This document shows positions 1-10,715 of a stretch of DNA of 64,000 bases, in pieces. The notes under the pieces are model-generated. The model was not told the DNA's origin and did not search any database. It worked only from the letters and a program-made list of their open reading frames with translations. Location of the stretch: positions 640,001 through 704,000 of the forward strand of contig NZ_JAQNDL010000005.1 of NCBI RefSeq assembly GCF_028368995.1. The letters are read 5' to 3'. How positions within the stretch are numbered: the first letter of the stretch is position 1; each line of letters opens with the position of its first letter. The translations under genes and the position numbers were made by a program. The DNA is from Nannocystis bainbridge (lineage in GTDB: Bacteria; Myxococcota_A; Polyangia; Nannocystales; Nannocystaceae).

Positions 1-426
1 CTGCTGCTCGGCCTGTCCGCGGTGCACGACGTCAAAAAGGCGTTCGGCGCCGACTTCGCGGCGCTGCAGAACACCCTGCGGAGGACCGGCATCGACCCCG
101 ACGCCCACTTCGCGCGCTACCAGCCCGTCCCGCACCCGCTGGTGCGGACCCACCCGGGCACCGGGCGGCGGGCGCTCTACCTCTCGGGCCCCTACGTCAC
201 CCACATCGACGGCCTGTCCCGCGCCGAAAGCCAGGCGATCCTCGAATTCCTCTACCGCCACATCGAGACCCAGGAGTTCATCCATCGCCACCGGTGGCAG
301 CGCAACGACCTGCTGCTGTGGGACAATCGTTGCGTCCAGCACCTCGCCGTCGCCGACTACTTCCCGCGCGAGCGACTGATGTACCGCCTGAACATCGCCG
401 GCGAGCGCCCCTTCCTCGACCGCTGA
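1..426 (+). CDS. TauD/TfdA family Fe(II)/2-oxoglutarate dioxygenase (5'-truncated by window edge)
   Basis: C-terminal motifs HPLVRTHPGTGRRALY, HRW..NDLLLWDNRCVQH and RLMYR; frame is open from position 1. Confidence 0.9.
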   Translation: MLLGLSAVHDVKKAFGADFAALQNTLRRTGIDPDAHFARYQPVPHPLVRTHPGTGRRALYLSGPYVTHIDGLSRAESQAILEFLYRHIETQEFIHRHRWQRNDLLLWDNRCVQHLAVADYFPRERLMYRLNIAGERPFLDR

Positions 427-527
427 TTCGCCGGCGCAACGAGCTCCGGGATCCAGTCAATACCCCAAAGGACATGTCCCGAAGGACATTGACTATATTT
501 CACTACCATCAAGGCGAATGCTGCGAT

Positions 528-1244
528 TCACCGCCTGCGTCGCAGCGCCCGCCAGCCTGCCCCGATCGCCAGCACCGGCGCCAGCAGCAGCCCCTGACTT
601 ACACGCCGCGGCAGCGCTGCCAGCTCCTCCGTCCGCTGCAGCGCCGCCAGCCAGCCCTGGGCCACCGCGCCCAGCGGGCTCCGGCTCGCGCGCAGGAACA
701 CCTCCAAAAACAGATCCGACGCCCAGCGGGCGGCGGGGGACGCCTCGGAGTGCGGCAGCGCCTCGAGCCACGCGCAGTACTCCGGGCGGAGCGCGCTCAG
801 GCGGGCGCCCTCGCGGATCAGCTCGAGGTAGCGCCGCGACGGCGTGCGCTCGCGCTGCAGACGCCTCATGGGGGCTGCGACGAACACCTCGGCGATTACC
901 TCACGACCGTCATAGGCGATCACCTCGACCTGCTCGCGCACATAGAAGCGATCGCCGCCCTCGCTGCCGACCAGCGCCGCGAACTCGTGCGATCGCAGAC
1001 GCAGCAGCAGCCCGTGGACCTCGGCCGTCGCGTCGCGGCGAATGCTCGCCATCGCCGGGTCTGCGGGCGGCACCCCGGGCATGTCGAACACCAAACGCCA
1101 GCCGCACAGCGTCCCGGGCGTCGCCTCCAGCGGTGCCAGCCCGGCCCTCGCCGAGCGCCTCTGCGGGTGCAGGTTGGAGCCGTAGGCGAAGTACCAGACA
1201 TCTCCCGAGGATCGCGATCTCGTGTCGACCACTACCGATTTCAC
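528..1244 (-). CDS. gamma-glutamylcyclotransferase (GGCT/AIG2-like) family protein
   Basis: YFAYGSNL motif and PSRRYL..IREGA at the end of the long antisense ORF 528..4817; start at GTG 1244 is estimated. Confidence 0.8.
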   Translation of the reverse strand: MKSVVVDTRSRSSGDVWYFAYGSNLHPQRRSARAGLAPLEATPGTLCGWRLVFDMPGVPPADPAMASIRRDATAEVHGLLLRLRSHEFAALVGSEGGDRFYVREQVEVIAYDGREVIAEVFVAAPMRRLQRERTPSRRYLELIREGARLSALRPEYCAWLEALPHSEASPAARWASDLFLEVFLRASRSPLGAVAQGWLAALQRTEELAALPRRVSQGLLLAPVLAIGAGWRALRRRR

Positions 1245-1343
1245 CGCCGCCCCGATGCTATCAGCTTCGTCGCAGCACGGCTCGCGCGTTTGGCGCGATA
1301 GTGCCCCCGGCGCGCGCTGCCTCGCGATCGTCGCGCGTGTATC

Positions 1344-4300
1344 ATGTTTCAGGTGTCGCTCCACGGCTACATCACCGTCGAGGTCCTCCACGAGGGGATG
1401 AAGTCGGAGGTGCGCCGTGCGACGCGAGCTGCCGATGGTCGGCTCGTGATCCTCAAGGTCCCGCGGGCCGAGTCCGTCACTCACCAGCGGCTCGCCGAGC
1501 TGCGCCACGAGTACGACGTCGCCACCCGGCTCAAGCTCGGCGGCGTCGTCCAGGCGCTCGCGCTCGAGGAGCGAGGCCTGCCCTTCCTCGTGTTCGAGGA
1601 CTTCGGCGGCCTGTCGCTGACGCAGTGCTTCCCGTCGAAGGTCGGCGTCGCCAGCTTCCTCGACATCGCCCTCCAGCTGACCGAGACCCTGGCGGCGATC
1701 CACGAGCGCGGCGTCATCCACAAGGACATCAAGCCGGCCAACATCATCCTCAACCCGCGCACCGGCGAGGTGAAGCTGACCGACTTCGCCATCGCCTCCT
1801 CGCTCGCCACCGAGTCCGTCGCGCTCGCCGCTCCCGATCGCCTGGTCGGCACGCTCGCCTACATGGCCCCGGAGCAGACCGGCCGCGTCGGCCGCGGCAT
1901 CGACCAGCGCGCCGACCTCTACGCCCTCGGCGTCACCTTCTTCGAGCTGCTCACCGGCCGGCGCCCGTTCGCCCAGAGCGACGCGATGGAGCTGGTCCAC
2001 GCCCACCTCGCCCGCAGCCCGCCCGAGCCTTTCGGCATCGAGCCCAGCATCGGCCGCGAGCTGTCCGCCATCGTCCTCAAGCTGATGGCCAAGAACGTCG
2101 ACGAGCGCTACCGCAGCGCCCACGCGCTGCGGGCCGACCTCGAGTACGTGCGCGCCACGCTCGGCGGCGACGCCACCCCGACCGCCGCGCGGCCGCGTCC
2201 CAGCGCCGAGTTTCGCCTGCCGCAGCGGCTCTACGGCCGCGCCGACGAGCGCGCCCGCCTGCTCGCCGCCTTCGAGCACGCCGCCGCCGGCGAGCGCGGC
2301 CTGGCCCTCATCGCCGGCTGGTCGGGCACCGGCAAGTCCGCCCTCGTCCACGAGCTCCACCAGCCGATCGTCGCCCGCCGCGGCCACTTCATCGCCGGCA
2401 AGTTCGATCAGTACAACCGCCACGTCCCGTTCGCCTCGCTGCTGCAGACCCTGCGTCAGCTCGTCGAGCTGGTGCTCGCCAGCCCGCTCGCCGAGGTCGA
2501 GCGCTGGCGTCGTCGCCTCGTCGAAGCTCTCGGCGCGCACGTGGCCGTGCTCGTCGACACCCTGCCCGACCTCGCGCACGTCGTCGGCGACCAGCCCCCG
2601 CCGCCGCCGGTCTCGCCGGCCGAGGCGCAGAACCGCCTGCACCTGGCCGTGCTGCGCTTCTTCGGCGTGTTCGCCGACAAGGGCCACCCGCTCGTGGTCT
2701 TCCTCGACGACCTGCAGTGGGCCGACGCCGCCACCCTGCGCCTGCTCGTCGCCCTCCTCGGCGACCTCGACCTGCGCCACGTCCTCGTCATCGGCGCCTA
2801 TCGCGACCACGAGGTCGACGCCTATCACCCGCTGCGCAAGGCCATCGCCGAGCTCGATCGCACCGGCGCGACGATCGAGCGCATCGAGCTGACCCCGCTC
2901 GCGCTCGCCGACGTCGCCGCGATCGTCGCCGACGCGCTCGCCGAGACCCCCGCCGCCGTCGCCGACCTGGCCGCCGAGGTCCACCAGCGCACCGAGGGCA
3001 ACCCGCTGTTCGTGCGCGAGTTCCTGCGCGTCCTCCACGGCGACGAGCTGATCCGCTTCTCGCCCGAGCACGGCCGCTGGACCTGGGACCTCGCGGCCCT
3101 GCGCGCCGCCAGCATCCCCGACGACGTCGCCGATCTGCTGCTCGAGCGGATCCGCCGGCTCACGCCCGACGTCCGCGCCCTGCTCACCTGCGCCGCCTGC
3201 ATCGGCGCCGGGTTCGACCTCGACACTCTGGCCGCCGCCGCCGGCAGCTCGAGCAGCGAGATCGGGCCCGCGCTGTGGGAGTCGATCGGCCGCGGCCTCG
3301 TCGTCCCGATCGACCCCGAGTACCGCCTGTTGCCGTACGGCCACGGCGGTCAGCTGCCCAACGTCCGCCTGCGCTTCCTCCACGACCGCGTGCGCCAGGC
3401 CGCCTACACCCTCGTCGACGCCGACGCGCGCCCGCGCATGCACCTGGCGATCGGCCGCCACCTGCTGGCCACCCTGACCTCGCGCGATCGCTCCGAGCTG
3501 CTCGCGGCCGTCTCGCACCTCAACCTCGGTCGCGCCGAGCTCACCACCGCGGACGAGCGCACCGAGCTCGCCGCGCTCGACCTCGAGGCTGGCCGGCGGG
3601 CCAAGGCCGCCACCGCCTACGACGCCGCCGTCGGGTTCTTGCGCGTCGGCGCCGAGCTGCTCGGCCCCGATCACTGGCATAGCCACTACCCCCTCATCTA
3701 CGCCCTCCACCTCGAGCTCGCCGAGTGCGAGTACCTGTGCGGCGACTTCGCCCGCGCCGAGCAGGCCTTCGACGTCCTGCTCGCCCACGCCGCCTCGCGC
3801 CGCGACGCCCTCGCCGCCCGCTCGCTGCGGGTCGTCCTCTACGTCACCATCGGCCGCTCCGGTGACGCCCTCACCACCGGCGTCGAGGCCCTGCGCCTCG
3901 CCGGCCTCGCCGTGCCCGACGGCGACGACGCCCTGCGCCAGGCCGCCGCCCGCGAGCGCGACGCTCTGCAGCGCCGCCTGGACGGCGCCACGATCGCCGC
4001 CCTCGCCGCTCGCCCGCGCGCCACCGACCCCGAGTTCTGCTCGCTCATCAAGCTCGTCACCGACCTGCTCGCCCCGTCCCAGCTCAATCACCAGCCGCTG
4101 TTCGAGTACCTCTGCCTGGCGCAGATCAACCTCAGCCTCGAGCACGGCCACGCCGACGCCTCGCCCTACGGCTACCTCGTCTACGCCTTTTACCTCACCA
4201 CCTCGCGCGGCGCCGTGCGCGAGGCCCACGAGTTCGGCGAGGCCGCGCTCGCCGTCAACGAGCGCCTCGGCAACCTCGACCAGGTCCCGCGCCTGAGCTT

Positions 4301-6524
4301 CGTGTTCGGCTCGATCCTCCACTACTACCGCCCGCTGCCCGAGGTGCTCGAGTACCTCGAGCGCGCGCGCTTCCACGGCCTCGAGACCGGCGACTACATC
4401 TTCGTCTCCTACGCCTGCTCGCACTCCGCGATCGTCCAGTTCGGCGCCGGCACCCCGCTGCGCTCGGTCGCCGCCCAGACCGACGAATACCTCCACCTCA
4501 TGCAGCGCACCCGCGTCGCCTCCTCGACCGCCGCGCTGCGGGTGGTCCGGCGCCTCGTCGCCTGCCTGCAGGGCGAGACCGACGGCGCCACCAGCCTGCA
4601 CGGCGACGACTTCGACGAGGACGCATTCTTCGCCGCCGCCGAGCAGGGCCGCCTGACCTTCGCCACTCTGTGGTTCTGCATCGCCAAGCTCTACCTGTGC
4701 CTGCTGTACGGTCAGCTCGACGCGGCCCAGCGGTGGATGCAGGCCGCCGAGCAGCGCCTCCTCAACTCCTCCTGGTACCTCACCACCGAGCTCGCCTTCT
4801 ACTCGGCGCTGGTCCACGCCGCCCTGCTGCGCCGCGGCAGCGGCGACCTCGAGGCCTCACGGGCTCGCCTCGAAGCGCTGCGCGAGCGCTACGCGGTGTG
4901 GGCCGCCTCGTGCCCCGAGAACTTCGCCGGCAAGCTCGCGCTCATCGACGCCGAGCGGGCCGCGATCGCCGGCGACGGCCTCGCCGCGCTCACCGCCTAT
5001 GACGCCGCGATCGCCGGCTCGCACCGCGCCGGCGCCATGGCCACCGAGGCGCTCGCCGCCGAGCTCGCGGGCGCGTTCCACCTCAAAGCCGGGCGCGACA
5101 GCATGGCCGCCGCCGCGCTCGCCGACGCCGAGGCCGTCTATCGCCGCTGGGGCGCCGCCCCGCGGGCCGACGCCCTGCTGGCCGCGCACGGCAACCTGTT
5201 CCGCACCTACTTGCCGCGGGCCGTCGCGCGCCCGCTGCTCATCGGCGAGTCGCTCGAGACCTCGATCGTCACCGCCACCTCGGTCGACCCGCGGCTCGAC
5301 CTCTCGAGCGCGATCAAGGCCGCCGAGACCTTCGCCGTCGAGGTCGACCGCCAGGCGCTGCTGCGCAAGTTCATGGCGATCCTCGTCGAGAACGCCGGCG
5401 CCGATCGGGGCGCGCTCGCCCTCGCCACCAGCGGCGGCCTCGTCGTCGTCGCCAGCTACGCCGCCGAACACGGCGTCGTCCTCCACGACGACCTCCCGAT
5501 CAGCGAGGCCGACGTGCCCGCGGGGCTCGTGCGGGTCTGTCAGCGCAGCGGCCGGGTGCTCCTGCCCGAAGACGTCGACAACAACCCCAGCCTGCTCGGC
5601 GCCTACCTGCTGCGCGTGCGCCCGCTGTCGCTCGCCTGCTTCCCGCTGCTCAGCCGCGGCCAGCGGATCGGCGCGCTCTACCTCGAGAACCGCGCGATAT
5701 GGGGCGCCTTCACGCCGCACCGGCTCGAGATCCTGCGCCTCCTCACCACCCAGCTGGCGATCGCCATCGAGAACGCGCGCATGTTCACCGCCCTCGACGA
5801 GGCCCGCCGCGCCGCCGAGGAGGCCAGCGTCGCCAAGAGCCGCTTCATGCTCAACGTCAGCCACGAGCTGCGGACCCCGCTCAACTGGATCATCGGCGCC
5901 TCCGAGATGCTCGGCGACGAGGCCGCCGACGACGGCCTCGAGACCATCGCCCGCGACCTCGAGAAGATCTCGCGGGCCGGCCGCGGCCTGCTCGGCATCA
6001 TCTCCGACGTCCTCGACATCACCCAGCTCGAGTCCGGCCGCCTCGTGCTCGCCGCCGCCGGCTTCCCGATCGGCGAGGTCGTCCGCGAGGTCGTCGAGGC
6101 CAACCTCGCCGAGGTCGAGCGCAATCACTCGACGCTGCGCGTCCACGTCGACCCGCCGCAATTCGAGGTCGTGCACGACCGGGCCAAGCTCGCCCAGGTG
6201 ATCGGCAGCCTCGTCCGCAACGCTTCTCGCTTCACCGAGCGCGGCACCATCGACCTGCGCGTCTCCTGTCGCGGCGACCGCCTGGTCGTCGAGGTCGCCG
6301 ACACCGGCATCGGCATGAGCAAGCAGCAGCGCACCAAGATCTTCGACGCCTTCAGCCAGGTCGACGACTCGCCCACCCGCAAGGTCGGCGGCATGGGCCT
6401 CGGCCTCGCCATCTGCCGCCGCCTGTGCGAGCGCATGGGCGGCACGATCTCCGTCGTCAGCGAGCTCGGCACCGGCTCGACCTTCACCATCGACCTGCCG
6501 CGCATCCTCGGCCCTGGCCGCTGA
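1344..6524 (+). CDS. multidomain Ser/Thr kinase - AAA ATPase - GAF - histidine kinase
   Basis: HKDIKPAN, YMAPEQTGR, Walker A GWSGTGKS, LDDLQWAD, GAF LYLEN, H-box SHELRTPL, DTGIGM and GMGLGL G-boxes. Confidence 0.95.
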   Translation: MFQVSLHGYITVEVLHEGMKSEVRRATRAADGRLVILKVPRAESVTHQRLAELRHEYDVATRLKLGGVVQALALEERGLPFLVFEDFGGLSLTQCFPSKVGVASFLDIALQLTETLAAIHERGVIHKDIKPANIILNPRTGEVKLTDFAIASSLATESVALAAPDRLVGTLAYMAPEQTGRVGRGIDQRADLYALGVTFFELLTGRRPFAQSDAMELVHAHLARSPPEPFGIEPSIGRELSAIVLKLMAKNVDERYRSAHALRADLEYVRATLGGDATPTAARPRPSAEFRLPQRLYGRADERARLLAAFEHAAAGERGLALIAGWSGTGKSALVHELHQPIVARRGHFIAGKFDQYNRHVPFASLLQTLRQLVELVLASPLAEVERWRRRLVEALGAHVAVLVDTLPDLAHVVGDQPPPPPVSPAEAQNRLHLAVLRFFGVFADKGHPLVVFLDDLQWADAATLRLLVALLGDLDLRHVLVIGAYRDHEVDAYHPLRKAIAELDRTGATIERIELTPLALADVAAIVADALAETPAAVADLAAEVHQRTEGNPLFVREFLRVLHGDELIRFSPEHGRWTWDLAALRAASIPDDVADLLLERIRRLTPDVRALLTCAACIGAGFDLDTLAAAAGSSSSEIGPALWESIGRGLVVPIDPEYRLLPYGHGGQLPNVRLRFLHDRVRQAAYTLVDADARPRMHLAIGRHLLATLTSRDRSELLAAVSHLNLGRAELTTADERTELAALDLEAGRRAKAATAYDAAVGFLRVGAELLGPDHWHSHYPLIYALHLELAECEYLCGDFARAEQAFDVLLAHAASRRDALAARSLRVVLYVTIGRSGDALTTGVEALRLAGLAVPDGDDALRQAAARERDALQRRLDGATIAALAARPRATDPEFCSLIKLVTDLLAPSQLNHQPLFEYLCLAQINLSLEHGHADASPYGYLVYAFYLTTSRGAVREAHEFGEAALAVNERLGNLDQVPRLSFVFGSILHYYRPLPEVLEYLERARFHGLETGDYIFVSYACSHSAIVQFGAGTPLRSVAAQTDEYLHLMQRTRVASSTAALRVVRRLVACLQGETDGATSLHGDDFDEDAFFAAAEQGRLTFATLWFCIAKLYLCLLYGQLDAAQRWMQAAEQRLLNSSWYLTTELAFYSALVHAALLRRGSGDLEASRARLEALRERYAVWAASCPENFAGKLALIDAERAAIAGDGLAALTAYDAAIAGSHRAGAMATEALAAELAGAFHLKAGRDSMAAAALADAEAVYRRWGAAPRADALLAAHGNLFRTYLPRAVARPLLIGESLETSIVTATSVDPRLDLSSAIKAAETFAVEVDRQALLRKFMAILVENAGADRGALALATSGGLVVVASYAAEHGVVLHDDLPISEADVPAGLVRVCQRSGRVLLPEDVDNNPSLLGAYLLRVRPLSLACFPLLSRGQRIGALYLENRAIWGAFTPHRLEILRLLTTQLAIAIENARMFTALDEARRAAEEASVAKSRFMLNVSHELRTPLNWIIGASEMLGDEAADDGLETIARDLEKISRAGRGLLGIISDVLDITQLESGRLVLAAAGFPIGEVVREVVEANLAEVERNHSTLRVHVDPPQFEVVHDRAKLAQVIGSLVRNASRFTERGTIDLRVSCRGDRLVVEVADTGIGMSKQQRTKIFDAFSQVDDSPTRKVGGMGLGLAICRRLCERMGGTISVVSELGTGSTFTIDLPRILGPGR

Positions 6525-6771
6525 AATTTCGCGCGGTTCCGAACGAGCGCGCCCGTTCGTCGGCATTCATCGCACCTGTCCCTACGGACATCTCACCCTC
6601 GCCGCGGCCGCGACCCGAGATCGGCGTTCGGCGCGAGACCCGACCTCCCGAGCCGGCCCCGCAATTGCGGCCGTTCGCCCTCGGCCCTCGGCGTTCGCGG
6701 CTACGGACGCGCCGGATGTTCGCCTCCTCGCGGCCTCGCTAGCATCCTCGGCTCGCGTAGGAGGTTGTTGC

Positions 6772-7206
6772 ATGACCGCTGTCTCGACCCGTGCCACGGG
6801 CATCCATCACGTCTCGATCACCGTCAATGACTACGAGCGCTCGCGGGCGTTCTACACCCGTTTGTTCGAGCTCCTCGGCGGCCAGGTCGTCATGGACGTC
6901 GTCGGCGCCCCGCACAAGCACGAGGGTTGCCGCATGATGCTGCTCGCCGCTGGCGCCTTCATGCTCGGCGTGTGGGAGGCCGCCCCCGAGCACCGCGGCC
7001 GCGCCTTCGATCGCTACAGCGTCGGCCTCCACCACTTCGCCATCGCCGTCGAGTCGCGGGCCGCGATCGACGAGGTCCACCGGCGGCTCGTCGACGCCGG
7101 CGTCGAGATCCTCGACGCGCCCGCCGAGTACCCGTACGCCCCTGGTTACTACGCCGTCTTCTTCAACGACCCCGACGGCATCAAGCTCGAGCTCGTGCAC
7201 GTGTAG
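6772..7206 (+). CDS. VOC/glyoxalase family protein
   Basis: IHHVSITV, GLHHFAIAV, FFNDPDGIKLELV; SD GGAGG upstream. Confidence 0.9.
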   Translation: MTAVSTRATGIHHVSITVNDYERSRAFYTRLFELLGGQVVMDVVGAPHKHEGCRMMLLAAGAFMLGVWEAAPEHRGRAFDRYSVGLHHFAIAVESRAAIDEVHRRLVDAGVEILDAPAEYPYAPGYYAVFFNDPDGIKLELVHV

Positions 7207-8404
7207 CCAGCCCGAACGTCCGCCCCAGCTCGTCCAGCCAGTCCGCCTCGGTGCGGCTGGCGTCGATCGTCAGCGCCGGGCTCGGCGGCGCCGACCCGGC
7301 CAGCTCGCGGACCCCGCCCGTCAGCATCAGCATCGCGCGCTCGCCCGGCGTCACCTGGCCCTCGGCGATCGCCTTGAGCACCCCGACGCCGGTGAGCAGA
7401 CCTGTCTTTTCGACCACCTCGTCCGAGCCCGGCAGCCGCGAGAACTCGAACCCCGCCGCCTGCATGCGCGCCAGCAGCGGCCCGCCGTGGCGCGCAACGT
7501 CCTCCTCGGACAGCGCCAGCATCTCCCCGCCGACCTCGCGCAGCAGCGCTGCCAGGCGCGCGTACTCGCGGGACGGATCGGTGTTGTAGAGCCCTGGCTC
7601 GAGGTAGCGGTCCGGCTCCGGGCGCACGTGCTCGCGCCCCAGCGTCGGCTCGCCCGCCTGCCACGCGCGCACGATCGGCGCGTTGGCCTCCTGCTGGAAC
7701 CCGAGGAACCGCGGCACCTCGCTCCGGCGCAAAAGCCCCGCCCGCCGCAGCGCCGCGAAGCATTGATAGATCCCCGCCGGCCCGAAGCCTGCGCACACCG
7801 TCTGCGCCAGACAATCGATCCGCCCCAGCGCCGCCGCGCTCTCGAGCACGAACATCGCCCGCACCGCCGACGCTGCCATTCGCCAGCGCACATCGGGCAC
7901 GTGCGCCATCCCGAACCGCTCGGCGAAGCTGCGCGCGATCTGCTTGATCTCGGGCTCCGGCAGATCGACCGCGATCAGGTGCACGCCCGCGCCGAAGTGA
8001 TCGGCGCGCTGCTTGTAGAGCGTGCGGCGCGGCTGGAACAGGAACGCTTCGATCCCCGCGCGCGTCGCATAGGCCGCCAGCGCCGCGCTCAGGTTGCCGC
8101 CCGACGACGCCACCACCCGCGTCACCTTCGCCCGCCGCAGCAGCGCCAGCGACAGGCACGCGTCGAGCGCCTTGTACGTGCCGGTGAACATCCGGCTCGA
8201 CTCGTCGCAGACGATCACCTCGCGCTCGCCCTCGCCCGCCAGCGCGAACGTCGTCGCCCCCTCGCCATGCGAGCAGGCCTCGAGGTCCGCCAGCGTCACG
8301 TCGACCGCCGGCCCCGGCACCGCCAGCACCTTGTGATAGCGCAGCAGGAGGCTCTGCGAGGCCGCGAACCGCCGATCGATCAAGGATCGCCACTGCTCTG
8401 CCAT
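7181..8404 (-). CDS. PLP-dependent fold-type II enzyme (threonine/cysteate synthase-like)
   Basis: GEGATT, TGTYK (PLP lysine), ASSGGNLSAALAAYA, FLGFQQEANAPIV, LTGG. Confidence 0.8.
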   Translation of the reverse strand: MAEQWRSLIDRRFAASQSLLLRYHKVLAVPGPAVDVTLADLEACSHGEGATTFALAGEGEREVIVCDESSRMFTGTYKALDACLSLALLRRAKVTRVVASSGGNLSAALAAYATRAGIEAFLFQPRRTLYKQRADHFGAGVHLIAVDLPEPEIKQIARSFAERFGMAHVPDVRWRMAASAVRAMFVLESAAALGRIDCLAQTVCAGFGPAGIYQCFAALRRAGLLRRSEVPRFLGFQQEANAPIVRAWQAGEPTLGREHVRPEPDRYLEPGLYNTDPSREYARLAALLREVGGEMLALSEEDVARHGGPLLARMQAAGFEFSRLPGSDEVVEKTGLLTGVGVLKAIAEGQVTPGERAMLMLTGGVRELAGSAPPSPALTIDASRTEADWLDELGRTFGLATRARARA

Positions 8405-8603
8405 CCCCGCACCCACCGCGCCGAGACCCATGGTCCGCGGCGCGCGTCGCCCTGTCAAACACCGCCGCTGCGCGAGCGAGATCGCGACGGCGACCTCGGC
8501 GCGCGAGGAGTCTTCTCAGGCCGCGGAGGATGACGCGACGAACCTCGCGCGCATGGCGACGCGTCGCGCCCTCCGATACGATGCTCGCCCCGGTGGTGGC
8601 ACG

Positions 8604-9701
8604 GTGGCGCTGCTCAAGATCGAATACCGCGACCCGATCGAGCCCGTGAGCGGCCTGCTGGTGATCGATCGCCTCGTCGACGGCGTGTGTGCCGGCGGCC
8701 TGCGGATCGCCGCCGACGTCGAGGCCGACGAGATCGCCGCGCTCGCCCGCAACATGACCCGCAAGCAGGCCGCGTACGCCTTGCCGGTCGGTGGCGCCAA
8801 GGCCGGCTTGAGGATGGCCCCCGATCACCCCGCGCGCGGCGAAGTCCTGCGTCGCTTCCTCTCGACCGTCGCCCCGCTCATCGAGCGCAGTTGGTCGGTC
8901 GGCCCCGACCTCAACACCACCATGGCCGAGCTGCAGCGGGCCGCCGGCGACGTCGGCCTGCCCTGCCTCAAGCTCGCCGTCGGCCGCAGCCGCGGCCTCG
9001 CCGATCGCGAGTTCCTGCGCCGCTACGCCATGCTCGACGGCGCGATCGACGGCTGGTCGGTGCACGCCTTACGCGCGCCCGCGGCCGTGCGCGCCGCCAC
9101 CCTCGCGCTCGCCCGCGCTCTCGGCCGCAGCTCCGGCCTGCGGGTCGCCATCCAGGGCGCCGGCGCCATGGGCGGCGGCGCGGCCTACCTCCTCGATCGC
9201 ATCGGCTGCCGCGTCGTCGCCTGGGCCGACGATCTCCGCTGCCTCGTCGACGAGGGCGGCCTCGACGTCGCTACCCTGCTGGCCGGCCGGCGCGAAGGTC
9301 GGCTGCCCGCCGTCCCCGGCGAAGCTCGCCCCTCCGCGGAGATCCTGCACGTCCCCTGCGACCTCCTGATCCTCGCCGCCGTCTCGCGCGCCGTCGCCGT
9401 CGACGCCGTCCCGCGGCTCGGCTGCGCCGGCGTCGTCGAGGCCGCCAACCTCGCCCTCGCCCCCGACGTCGCCGACGCCCTGCACGCCGCCGGCGTCCTC
9501 GTCATCCCCGACCTGCTCGCCAGCGCCGGCGGCTCGCTCGCCGTCGAGGCCCTCTACGCCGGCGACCCCAGCGGCCCCGCCGACGTCCTCGCCCACGTCG
9601 AGCGCCGCGTCGCCGCCCGCGTCGAACATGTCCTCGCGGACAGCCGCACCACCGGCCGCTCCCCGCGCGCGCTGCTCGAGGAGGCCCTCGATGGCCGCTG
9701 A
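8604..9701 (+). CDS. Glu/Leu/Phe/Val dehydrogenase family protein
   Basis: GGLRI, MTRK, GGAKAG, GPDLNT, VAIQGAGAMG, EAAN, VIPDLLASAGG; start estimated. Confidence 0.85.
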   Translation: MALLKIEYRDPIEPVSGLLVIDRLVDGVCAGGLRIAADVEADEIAALARNMTRKQAAYALPVGGAKAGLRMAPDHPARGEVLRRFLSTVAPLIERSWSVGPDLNTTMAELQRAAGDVGLPCLKLAVGRSRGLADREFLRRYAMLDGAIDGWSVHALRAPAAVRAATLALARALGRSSGLRVAIQGAGAMGGGAAYLLDRIGCRVVAWADDLRCLVDEGGLDVATLLAGRREGRLPAVPGEARPSAEILHVPCDLLILAAVSRAVAVDAVPRLGCAGVVEAANLALAPDVADALHAAGVLVIPDLLASAGGSLAVEALYAGDPSGPADVLAHVERRVAARVEHVLADSRTTGRSPRALLEEALDGR

Positions 9702-9821
9702 TGTGACATGTCCCTCGGGACACATCACGACCGGCCGCGCCCGCCCCGCCGCGGCGCGCACATTCCCCTCGGGACATGTCCCTAAAAACATGTCTGAACG
9801 AGCAGCGCGTCGGGGGACCCC

Positions 9822-10715
9822 GTGACCGCCGACCTCGTCTGGCTCGACGGCCAGCTCGTCCCGGCCGACGCCGCGCGCTTCGGCCTGCTCACTCACTCGC
9901 TGCACTACGGCACCGCCGTGTTCGACGGCGGGCGCCACTACCGGCTGGCCGACGGCGGCGTCGGCGTGTTCCGCCTCGACGACCACGTGCGGCGCTTCCT
10001 CGCCAGCGCCGCCGCCCTGTGGATGCCGCTGCCCTGGACCGCCCTGCAGCTGCGCGACGCCACCCTCGCCGTCGTGCGCGCCAGCGGTCGCGGCGACGGC
10101 TACGTCCGCCAGCTCGCCTTTTACGGCGACGCCCGCATCGGCCTCGGCGCTCGCAACCCCGTCCACGTCGCGGTCATGGCCTGGGACCCGAGCGGCTCGC
10201 CCGGCGCCCACGTCCGCGTGCGCATCGCCTCCATCGGCCACGGCGCCGGATGGATCCCCACTGCCAAGCACGCCGGGCACTACGGCCGCGCCTTTTTGGC
10301 CCTGCGCGAGGCCGAGGCCTCTGGCCACGACGACGCCCTCTTCCTCGGCGACGACGGCACCGTCGTCGAGGCCACCGGCGCCAACCTCTTCCTCGTCCGC
10401 GACGGTCGCCTCGTCACGCCTCCCGATCATCAGCCGCTCTTGCCCGGCTTCACCCGCGCCACCGTGCTCGCCCTCGCCGCCGACCTCGGCATCCCCGTGC
10501 TCGAGGCCCCTGTCCCGCGGCATCACCTGTTCGCCGCCGACGAGGTCTTCCTCGCCAACAGCGCCGCCGAGCTGCGCCCCGTCGTGCTCGTCGAGGGCCG
10601 GCCCTTGCCCGCGCCCGGCCCCGTCACCGCGCAGCTCGTCGCCCGCTACCACGCCGTCGTGCGCGGCGAGGATCCGCGGCATCGATCGTGGATCGCCCGC
10701 GTGGAGGCCCCATGA
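9822..10715 (+). CDS. class IV PLP aminotransferase (branched-chain amino acid aminotransferase-like)
   Basis: HSLHYGTAVFDG, FRLDDHVRR, EATGANLF, LPGFTRATV, ADEVFLANSAAE. Confidence 0.9.
   Translation: MTADLVWLDGQLVPADAARFGLLTHSLHYGTAVFDGGRHYRLADGGVGVFRLDDHVRRFLASAAALWMPLPWTALQLRDATLAVVRASGRGDGYVRQLAFYGDARIGLGARNPVHVAVMAWDPSGSPGAHVRVRIASIGHGAGWIPTAKHAGHYGRAFLALREAEASGHDDALFLGDDGTVVEATGANLFLVRDGRLVTPPDHQPLLPGFTRATVLALAADLGIPVLEAPVPRHHLFAADEVFLANSAAELRPVVLVEGRPLPAPGPVTAQLVARYHAVVRGEDPRHRSWIARVEAP

Noticed and set aside
461-488. 14-bp palindrome as canonical parS
   Set aside because: Does not match the 16-bp TGTTNCACGTGAAACA-type consensus, and no parAB is nearby.
528-4817. 1429-aa minus-strand ORF
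   Set aside because: Antisense shadow of the kinase gene caused by high GC; only the last ~238 aa (GGCT) look real.
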